Part shown: piece after piece, positions 37,701-47,729 of the stretch
How the letters are laid out: every line of letters starts with the position of its first letter
How positions within the stretch are numbered: the first letter of the stretch is position 1
Assembly: GCA_030704615.1 (NCBI GenBank)
Contig: CM060732.1
Coordinates: 73,656,001 to 73,720,000, forward strand
Reading direction: 5' to 3'
DNA from: Takakia lepidozioides
Taxonomy: Eukaryota; Plantae; Bryophyta
Length of the DNA: 64,000 nucleotides
Program-made: the position numbers and the translations under genes
Notes under the pieces: generated by a model
Told to the model about the DNA's origin: nothing
Databases searched by the model: none
The model's input: only the letters and a program-made list of their open reading frames with translations

Positions 37701-40381
37701 AGAAATGACTGGGGCTGCGGACAAAGAGGTTCGCACTTGGGTGTTCCACCTTGATGTATCATCTTCAGTATCAGTATCAGAATTCACGGGCAAATCCCGC
37801 GTCAAGTCTACTAGGTTCATCCCTAAGTGCAGCTGGGTTGAGTACAATTCACCAACTTGCGACAAAGATACAACGGCAAATTGACTTGGAATGATGTCCT
37901 CGTCATGTACATCGTCACTTTGCGGGGCGGAAATTGAATGAAGACGAGATTTAACCATCTCCTCATCCTGTAACACAGAGGGCCCATCACTCGTCTGCGC
38001 GCCCCCTGTATCGCATTGTGGAGGGGCCCCATACACAACTTTGTGAAGCTCACGTTGAGCCTCAAAAAGGTTTTTGAACGCATTGGCGACTTGATTGGTC
38101 ATGAGCTCGGACTCATCTGCATCGGGGAAAAGACAAAGGTTTTTAGTGGTGGAACGAGGTTTTTGAAAGTGTAAGGGTTACACTATGTAAGAGTTACACT
38201 GACTAGGACAAGACAGTGGTTCGGATTACACGATGTGGGTTACACCACCCTGTTAGAGACAGTAGTTTGCAATGGGTTACACTACCTGGGTTACACTAGT
38301 GAGATTACACAACGAGAGGGTAACAAATCTAGGGTAACACAACGAGGGATAACATTAGGGGTACACTGATTACAGGGTTACATACTCCGAGGGTTACACT
38401 GATTACAGGGTTACACACAACGAGGGTTACACTGAGTACAGGGTTCCACATAACGAGGGTTACACTGATTACAGGATTACACACAAAGGGGTTACACGAC
38501 GAGAGGGGTGACAGTGGATGGAGTAACACTTACAGAGATACCAAGGCACTACAGACCCAAGGTCTCTCATATACTGGATGCCCAAACGCGCATTGAAGTC
38601 CATTTCTGTTGGTGATTCGCTGAAGAGGCCACAACACCAAAGCTGGATAAACGATTCTTTCTGATGGATCGCAAAGTGATGGGCGGCGCGACGATGGCTT
38701 GCCTTGCAAAACTGTATAGCTCCGTTGATCTTAACTGACCTGTCACCCCACTCTTCTGTACTCAAACTCGATCTTAAGTCCTCGAGCTCAGAATCCAAGG
38801 TTGCAATTCCGTCACCAGGTTGTGCAAAGTACATTAGACTAAAGCCGTAATACTCATCGACCAGGTCCTTCACCTTTGAGGCCGTAAGAGCACTTTCCAG
38901 AAGGTCAGTCGTGAACCCCAACCTGGGATGCGTTTGGGAAACTGACCTGCCATGATTTCTTACAACGTTGTGGGCCAGAATTCTCAAAAAGAGTGGTGGC
39001 GGTCCAATGTGCGGTTTGGTGAGATTCTCCATTTGACTAATCAATCCTTCCGCAAAATCGCGAGTGAATTCCAACGGATCTGGAACAACCAAACCTTTGA
39101 TTCCATCTACAGTAATAGTGATGACAAGAGGATTTGAAGCATCGTCAAGGTCGGTATTGCCAACAGCTGGTTCGTCCATCGTGTCATCATCATGTGGGCT
39201 TGGCTCTCTCGATGGACTCGTGTAAGTCTCCCACCTTTTTTCTTTTTCTGCTTTGGCATGTCAGGATGCCCAATGCTCTCCAAATACTCCTTCACCCGAT
39301 TCAATTCCTCTATCATTAACGGGCCATGATCCGGCTGGGCTGTAAACGCCTTGTGGGCAGCAACAACACTGTCCATATCATCGCTTGTAAGATGATGTCG
39401 AGCTCCCTGCGCAATACGGCGTGAGGGGTTATTCTAGAGAAAAAGGTTACAGCACGAGGGGTTACACATGAAAAATGGGAGGTGTAACCCATTTTCATGG
39501 GTGGAAAAATGGGTGGGCTACACGGGGTTACTCAGAGGTGGGTTATACACCATAGGGATTTTTAAAAGGGGTCCTCTGTAGGTGGGTTACACGCCACAGG
39601 AGAGACAGGGGGGGTAACACAAAGGGTTACACGGATAGACAACAGCCCGAAATTTGAGAAACAGAGAAATGGCAGGGAATCTAACTTGATTGTCCGTCGA
39701 TAGAACCCAACTTGATTTTGTAGCTGTCGCATGGACTGTACCCTCGCCTCGCGCAACAAATTCTTGGAATGCCGGCCAAAACCCCTTCTCATTGACATTC
39801 GGAAATGGGAACTGAGGAATAAGGCCATGCGGTAGCAGAAGGATTGAGCCTGGAGTTCGCTTTCGCAAGATGAACCTTGAGCTCCGGTTTCCCCAGTTTC
39901 CAATGTTGATTTTCTTTGCAATAGGGACAGGTAGAGGCGGGCTCAATCGCCGCTTGTCTCTCTCGTTAGGAACCTGCCGAACAGAAGGACCAGGGACAGA
40001 AACAGCAGGAGCACCAGAAGATGGAACCTTTGTAGCAGAAGTAGCCAAAGAAGGTACAACAGCAGGCACTTCAATAGGATCTGCAATCTCACCCAAAGCC
40101 ACCCTATTTTGCAGAATCCATGCATGATATGCATGAACAGAAGAAGCTGGAACAGAATTCACCACATTTTCAACAGCCATGGCATGCTTGAGCTCCGCAT
40201 CAGAAAACGGTTTTGTTCCTTTCGGTCTGGCCATACATGCGGCCGTTCCATCGACGATATGCCGATTCAATCTGCTTCTATCTACCTTTACTTGCCCACA
40301 GTAAGGACATTTGAACTTAGGCCGGCCCTTTGCTCCCTCCACCTTGGCCTCTCTACACCTGGTGCGGCAGTACGCGATCAT
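34791..40381 (-). pseudogene. Transposon cargo gene: N-terminal C2HC zinc finger + acidic GDT-repeat linker + C-terminal ULP1/peptidase C48 domain (frameshifted)
   Basis: Exons ~40381-39686 (FKCPYCGQVKVDRSRLNRHIVDGTAAC), ~39405-38540, ~38118-36330, ~35820-35420 (..DLVDVVVIPIVF) and 35211-34791 (DHWSVAVL..IIHLDS..VPQQWSCWECGYY, the His-Asp-Gln-Cys catalytic set of ULP1). The introns coincide with motif arrays. Joining these into one gene is inferred. Confidence 0.72.
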
Positions 40382-41784
40382 TGTAGCATGCTCATGCTCA
40401 GTGTACTAGAAGCGAACTCGTTCGCCATCCCTCTTCAAGTGATCAAATGGAATAATAGCCTCTCCAGGGAACATATAACAATCAGCCATGGCAAAAGAAA
40501 AAGCTGACAGAAGAGAAGAGAAGAACAAGAGCAAGACAAGACCAAGAGAATTCCGAAGAACCCACAGCAGGGAGCACGCACAGCAAGGAGTGCAGGAAGA
40601 ATAGGAAATGGCTGCGAGAAGGGAAAAACTGAACAATGATCAAAGAACGAAGAACGAAGCTAGCTAAATGTCACCCGTAAGGCACGTCGGTTAAGCGACA
40701 GACGGCGGTTCATTAAAATCTGGCGGCTTGCAATCAACTATATCTGTACCGACTCACACGTGTATGAGCTGCAATCCCGGTGTCACCCGGAATAGCGGAG
40801 TGTAACCCGTAACCCTACACTTGTGAGCGCGACGAACCAGCCGTTACCCGCATGCGAGACACGTCGAGTGTAACCCTCCGTCATGTACCCACATATGATG
40901 TAACCCTTCGTCACAACCTCATGTACCCCTAGTCTATGTGACTCCCGAACACAACATCGATGTAACCCTGTCATATCAAACCATTAGTATGCAACCTCCA
41001 GGTAAACATGGTCAACGTAACGCCCCACCCATGTAACCCTAGCCTATGTGGCTCCGCGAGCGCAACATCCACGTAACCCATCAAACATGTCAACCCCATC
41101 TAAACCTCCATTACTAAACCGTCTACCAAGCCACCATGTATTGAGAAAGAAAACACCGTGTAACCCCCTGTGTGTAACCATAGCACACATGACGCAGTCA
41201 TATAAACCATCAGACATGTAACCGGTTGACAGTGCTTGCAGAACACGCATGATTCGATACGTATTGCATCCATAATAGCGATGAGTAGGCTGCCCCGGCT
41301 GGTGTGTAAACAAAAGATACACGAGAGGAGAGTGAATGGGCACCCCGTCAAATGAGCGGCTGCTTGCATGGCTAGACCGAAAGAAACAAAACCCTTTCCT
41401 AATGCGGATATCAGGAATACCATAGCCATCGGGGACGGTAACAAAACAACAAGAATGACATTGAGAAAGAAAAAAGATAGAGACAACCGTATCAATCATA
41501 GAGAAAACCGTAGTAATAGATTTGCCGGATCGCTGCGCGGAAAGCGTTGTCTTGCATGCTGCTGGGATGACGATACTGAACTGAATGAACTACAAATCTT
41601 GCGCATTGATGTGTGAAGCCGATTGGGCGCCATGGGAATTGCAGAAAGCTGATGCCCCAAAGCAAAAAAACGAGCAAGCTAGGAATCTGAAAAACGGATG
41701 GAGAGAGCAAATTAGGGTTTTGGCCTCCATTTCAACCTCTATTCGGCCGTCGGATAGTTTACACGTGTATGATGTACACGAGGC

Positions 41785-42990
41785 GGAGTTACAGAGGGTT
41801 ACATGGGTTACAGAGGGTCACAGAGGGTTACATGGGGGTGAGGGTGACACTCTGCGGTGTTACAGAGGGATACACAGGTTACAGAGGATTACATAGGTTA
41901 CAGAGGGTCACAGAGGGTTACGTGGAGTGAGGGTTATATTCTGCGGTGTTACAGAGAATTACATGGGTTACAGAGGCTTACACCTGGTGAGGGTTACAGA
42001 GGGTCACAGAGGGTTACATGGGGGTGAGGGTTACACTCTGCGGTATTACAGAGGGTTCATGGGTTACAGAGGTTTACACCTGGTGAGGGTTACAGAGGGT
42101 TACATGGAGTGAGGGTTACATAGGGGTGAGGGTGACACTCTGCGGCGTTACAGAGGGTTACATGGGTTACAGAGGGTTACATGGATTACAGAGGGTTACA
42201 TGGGGGTGAGGGTGACACTCTGCAGTGTTACAGAGGGATACACGGGTTACAGAGGGTTACATGGGTTACAGAGGGTTACACTTGGTGAGGGTTATAGAGG
42301 GTCATAGAGGGTTACATGGGTTATAGAGGGTCACAGAGGGTTACATGGGGGTGAGGGTGACACTCTGCGGTGTTACAGAGGGTTACATGGTGGTGAGGGT
42401 TACAGGGGGTTACAGTGGGTTACAGGTGAGGGTTACATGGTGAGGGTTACAAAGGGTCATGGGGTTACAAAGGGTCATGGGGTTACATGGGTTACAGAGG
42501 GTTACATGGGTTAAGAGGGTCACAGAGGATTACATGGGTTGCAAAGTTTTACAGAGGGTTACATGGAGTGAGGGTTACATAGGGGTGGGGATGACACTTT
42601 GCAGTGTTACAGAGGGTTACATGGTAGTGAGGGTCACAGAGGGTTAAATGGGTTACAGAGGGTCACAGAGGGTTACATGGGTTACAGAGGGTCACAAAGG
42701 GTTACATGGGTTACAAAGGGTTACAAAGGGTTACATGGAGTGAGGGTTACATAGGGGTGAGGGTGACACTCTGCGGTGTTACAGAGGGTTACATGGTGGT
42801 GAAGGTTACACTTGGTGAGGGTTACAGAGGGTCACAGAGGGTTACATGGAGTTAGGATTTCATAGGGGTGAGGGTGACATTCTGCGGTGTTACAGAGGGT
42901 TACATGGTGGTGAGGGTTACAAAGGGTTACATGGAGTGAGGGTTACATAGGGATGAGGGTAACACTATGCGGTGTTACAGAGGGTTATGT
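41785..42990. repeat. Terminal/subterminal array A of the Mutator-like element (GGGTTACA-rich minisatellite)
   Basis: About 1.2 kb of GAGGGTTACA/TGGGTTACA/GAGGGTCACA units with a higher-order unit GGGTGAGGGTGACACTCTGCGGTGTTACAGAGGG. Confidence 0.92.
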
Positions 42991-43649
42991 CACGGACATA
43001 GCCTAGAAGAACTTACCAGGAATAAATACCAGAAATTATCCATTATTCCTATTATCTTCCGATATATGGTGACGTACAAAGTGGCACAAATAGCCGATCA
43101 ATTTACATTTTGGGGCCGGGCTGCATGCACGGGCGGGCTGCCCTAGAGCCGGGCAATTGGGACCAGATCCTTTTCGAGGTGCCATGCCCAGGCCGCTACA
43201 GTACTCTCATCATGATAGCGGGATAATTCACAGGGCGGCAGGGCATGCCCAACTGAACCGGCAAATCGCAGATATCATAACGGGGCACCGCCACTTCGTG
43301 CATGTCAGTAAACGGGTCCTCAACTTGCTGACTGGAGAACGTCTGTCACTCCGTTGCAAGGGAAACTCCGCTTCAAGGTTTTTAGTCGGTGCTCTTCTTT
43401 CCAATTCCACACCACCTTCTTCAATCTTTGCGTTCCTCTCCTGTTTTTGTTTTGATTCTCCACTGCAATCACACGCCACATTTTCATGTATTTCGTTTCT
43501 GTCACCGCAACATTTCCTCTCCAAGCATTTATTGCTCAATTCCCTCGTCTCCGGGAATTTTGTTAGCAAATTAAAGTGCAATTGTAGCGATCCTTCATTC
43601 AGCAGACATTTGCACTTGTCCCATTGAATCATTCCCTGTTAGGTACAGA

Positions 43650-43950
43650 GGATAGCCCCAGATCCTATCAAGAGTTCAATGATTCGTTGAGAGAGCAGCA
43701 ATGGAGGCTTGTTTACAACTCAAGGTCCTATCAAGAGTTCAATGCTAATTCGTTGAGAGAGCTGGGAGGCAATGGAGATTGTTTACTTGACTCAAGGTCC
43801 TATCAAGAGTTCAATGCTAATTAGAGCAGGAAAGCAATGGAGGATTGTTTACATCTCAAGGTCCTATCAAGAGTTCAATGCTAATTCGTTGAGAGAGCAG
43901 GGAAGCAATGGAGGATTGTTTACAACTCAAGGTCCAATCAAGAGTTCAGT
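43650..43950. repeat. ~64-71-bp tandem repeat, five copies
   Basis: TCCTATCAAGAGTTCAATG at ~43663, 43727, 43798, 43862 and a variant at ~43933, with similar intervening sequence. Confidence 0.9.
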
Positions 43951-44169
43951 ACTTGGCAGGGAGGTGAATATTTCCATCAGAGGCTGATCGTAGTCCGATA
44001 TATTTTTTATACTCTCACACTTGGCGGTGTGGATTCCGCAAGTAGCCAGATCAACAGTTGTTGCTTTATGTCCTGCACGCTGCAGTAGGTCCACTGTTTT
44101 GTACCAGCACCATGCGCCATGGCTCCCTCCATGCACGACTACAAAGTGGTGGGGTCCTTCGCTCCCCAT
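43945..44169 (-). pseudogene. First exon of a methylesterase (MES/SABP2 family), truncated
   Basis: MGSEGPHHFVVVHGGSHGAWCWYKTVDLLQRAGHKATTVDLATCG..DYDQPLMEIFTSLPSTE; it runs straight into the tandem repeat with no splice donor. Confidence 0.88.
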
Positions 44170-44789
44170 CCTAGCTGTGCGAGTCGAGAACCAAGTATGG
44201 TGCAATCTGTCTAGTCTAAGCACTTGACAAAACGGATAAATAGAAGTATTTCCTTGGCTCTCTACAGGTAGTTGAATTTTTTGAACAGATTTGTGTCTCT
44301 AGATCATCTCTCTCTGTCTCACCAAGGTAAGCTACAGGCAACAACATGTGCTCAATTTCAGTTAGCACTAAACAATTCAAATTCAAGCTCGAAGCATGGT
44401 GCAGGTCATCAGAAGAGGCCGTAGTGCGAGGTGTCAGGACAGAGACACACTTCAGGATCAAAGCTTTTTAAGCTACACAAAGCTCCCCGGGAGTTGAATC
44501 ACAATTGCTCCTCCAAGATGTGGTGTTGTATAGTACCATTGAAACCACTGGAAAAGCTTGAAAGTTAGAAGATTCTTGGCACTGATCATGGAACACTACT
44601 AACGGCGCCATTCCTGTGAAAAGAGTCCTTCAGGAAAAATCGACTGCCCTGGTCCTCACGCACTATCGATCGGTTCGAGAGCTGTATATTCGTAGCTGCG
44701 TCTTCCGCGCCGATAGTCTTGCAATGTCTGACAAGCGCTTTTATTGAGGACATCGTCACCTCCGTCCATGTTGTCAAACCAGAACAAAA

Positions 44790-45240
44790 GACGATGTCGA
44801 GGTGAACGAGTCAATCTTAGCAACACCAAGATCATGGTTTTCAATGGCCAGGCGGACCGCAGATCCATCTTCAACCAACAGAAAATTGAATTGTCAAATC
44901 ATACCGGTATCTGGGTCTGGTTATCCACTCTCCAAAATTCCAGTTTGCAGCAACTGCCCAAGACAGATTGACGAAGGGCAAGGCGGATGCAGGCCAAATG
45001 CAAACAGATACATCTGGGCCACCCCACCAAACCAAAAAGTGGCTATTTGACAGCGTCGTCACCCCGGCCGCCACTTATGGTTGTGAGTTCTGGGCACCTG
45101 GTGTCCCAGTCTCCTAGTGGGAAAAATTCTGGAACCATTGTGCACAGTCATCTTTTCTCCAAGCAAAATCTTTGTTATTACAAGCCCTTCCACCCAAGGG
45201 GCTCCTGGCAAGAGCCCTCGCAACATCTATTAGGCTCAAA
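44790..45240 (+). mobile_element. Degenerate LINE reverse-transcriptase C-terminal fragment (RTE/L2-like)
   Basis: Across frameshifts: VNLSNTKIMVFN..F..QKIE and KWLFDSVVTPAATYGCEFW. Confidence 0.65.
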
Positions 45241-45345
45241 ACAGCAGGTTCGCTCCTGATATGCTCGAGTGTGCAGTTTTTTTTAGCGCAATCTCATTGC
45301 TGTACAAATAGGACAAGGCTCTTGTGAAGGCAGGAATAATAGGAA

Positions 45346-46749
45346 TAGCATAGATTTCTGCGTCCACATCGTCGACAACAAAAACATTTGGCCTCCAATC
45401 TGGTTTGCTCTGAAGAAGTCGGTCGTAAAGACGTTTCATCTAGGGGCTCAGGTCAATCGTTTTATTTCTCGTTGATATAATATAAGCAACAAGTATGCCG
45501 TTGAGCCATTCGTCGAACACCATCATGGTATACATTGGGAACTGCAATGTCGCAATGGTACAAAAATGAATAAGGTGAGTGTTGTAATATTGGAAACAAT
45601 TGCATGACACTCACATTTCAGATGCAATGAAAGGTAAAGCGTGACACGAATACCTTATTTTCGTTGGTCCCAAATGTTGCATCGCAGGATACCACACGGT
45701 TGTGTCCCAAGTCGATCATTTTCTGTTTTTGCCACTCCGTTTGTATTCCAATCACGAATTTCAAATCACCCGCCACTGGCGCTGTCTCTTCATGGTAGAA
45801 GAAGACGTTTTCAGGATTGCTATCGACCCACATACGTACAGTTTGTGCATCATCTGGATGTTTTTTGTAACTCTCAATTACAAGCTTGTCGGCAATGTTT
45901 CTCACGTCGTACTCGAACAAGAAACAATCGCGACTCCACTCCATGCCTGGCTGAGACGCACGAGCTTCCTGGAGCTGTTGAGTGTGTTGTGTCATAATCA
46001 TAGCTGGAGATAGGCCACTGCGAAGACTATCGACGATCCACTGTTTCATATCTTGACTGAGACGAGGGGCAACGTGAAATGGGAAGAGGGGTCAGCTGAA
46101 CCATGACATGGCTTTCTTTTTGCATCCACATGCTATTTCTCGAAGTATGTGATGATTGCCAACTCTGGATTTAGAAAACACTGGCCAACATTGAAGCTAC
46201 ACGTACACCCACGTTTGTATGACTCTCCGAAATCTGCTGCCTTACGTCCGATTCGCTTGACTGGTTTTTTATTATCAGAGGCTGCTATCGGTTTTTCTTT
46301 CTTCTTCACAATCGGCGGGTCCGTGCGCCTATCTACCGGGCCGTAGCAGCAATGGTACCTGCAAAGAAAGCATACAAAGCGAGGAGGGTTATCGCCATAT
46401 ACGACTTTGTTAGGCCAGCTGAAAGAAGTGGGGCTGGAAATGTTATACAACCCTCGTAAGTGACTTACTTATGCCACTGACGATAACTGTTTGCACGCGG
46501 TGTCGTCAGATCTGACAACTTACGGTACCTTCGATCTTGAACATAAAATTGGGTCTTCCCATCCACTCTACTCCTTTCTCCCTCCAGAAAATCAGGAATG
46601 CGAGACCATGGAACGACAGCTACTTCGATGGATATCCATTTCTCTTTTCCCTGGGAAACCTGGCGTATCCAACGGAGGTTTGTGTGATTGAAAAACCCGT
46701 CTATGGGTAGCTGTAGGATGCATTTCAAATGAGATACCAAATGCTGCAA
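45346..46749 (-). mobile_element. N-terminal half of the Mutator-type DDE/SWIM transposase (pseudogenised)
   Basis: Exons: ILQLPI..NLRW..VAVVPWSRIPDFLEGE; YHCCYGP..SYKRGCTCSF..H....PCHG; DDAQTVRMWV..VFFY..FVIGIQTEWQ..GHNRVVSCDATFGTN (first D); FPMYTMMVFDEW..FVVDDVDAEIYAI (second D). It ends abruptly at ~45346. Confidence 0.87.
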
Positions 46750-47089
46750 ATGACAGAGTTCTCACGCCTCGTCTTTCAAACCATTTGATTCCAATGTTGC
46801 TTTGCGTTCCTCGTCTAGCTCCGTCGCGGCAGCACATGCCATTACCGGCAATAGTACCACCAGTACAGTACAAATCGCAGAACACACACGGGCAACGCAA
46901 CGGAGCCCTTGGGACCGCACGACATCTACGCACCTGGTGAAAATGACGCGCGATGATGGAGTTACACGTGGGTTTTGATGTCACCGAATCGTGTAACCCA
47001 AGTTTGAACTCAAAATATCTGACACCTCTCGGAGCCCGCCAATTTTTGTCGGGCACCAAGGGGCTACACGAACAGGGGTGACATGCGTT

Positions 47090-47725
47090 GGGGATAAAGG
47101 GTGAGGTGACACGAGCTAAGAGTGACACGATCGGGGGTTACACGGAGGGGATTGACACAGTATCGGGGTTACATGGTGGGGTTACAATATGAGAGTTACA
47201 CAATGAGGGTTACACAAGGCGGAGTTACAAGGGCTGACGTGCAGAGGGTTACATAGATGATGGGGTTACACGAGGAACTGGAGTTACACAGAGAGGGGTA
47301 TATGGGATAACATGATACAAGCTTGCATTGGGGTTACACGATGCGGGTTACATATGGTGGGGATTACATGGGATCACATAATGGGAGGGTTACATGATGC
47401 GGGATAACATGGAGTGAGGGTTACACCTCGCGGAGTAACAGAGGGTTACATGGGTTACAAAGGGTTACAGAGGGTCATGGGATTACATGGGTTACAGAGG
47501 GTCACATAGGGTTACATGGAGTGAGGGTTACATTCTGCGGTGTTACAAAGGGTTACATGGGTTACAGAGGGTTACATGGGTTACAGAGGGTTACATGGTG
47601 GTGAGGGTTACAGAGGGTCACAGAGGGTTATATGGAGTGAGGGTTACATGGGAATGAGGGTGACACTCTGCGGTGTTACAGAGGGTTCATGGGTTACAGA
47701 GGGTTACATGGTGGTGAGGGTGAGG
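47090..47725. repeat. Terminal/subterminal array B of the Mutator-like element
   Basis: Same units as array A, including GAGGGTGACACTCTGCGGTGTTACAGAGGG (~47657), in the same plus-strand orientation. Confidence 0.9.
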
Positions 47726-47729
47726 GTGG

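Noticed and set aside
41785-42990. Interstitial telomere (GGTTACA resembles fission-yeast telomere units)
   Set aside because: It is not the plant TTTAGGG unit, has higher-order structure, and the same motif pervades the transposon interior.
42985-43010. Precise transposon terminus and target-site duplication paired with ~47725
   Set aside because: I could not find matching terminal bases or a 9-11-bp duplication by eye; the ends are probably eroded.
43650-43950. CRISPR-like repeat-spacer appearance
   Set aside because: The intervening sequences are similar to each other, the context is eukaryotic and there are no cas genes; it is an ordinary tandem repeat.
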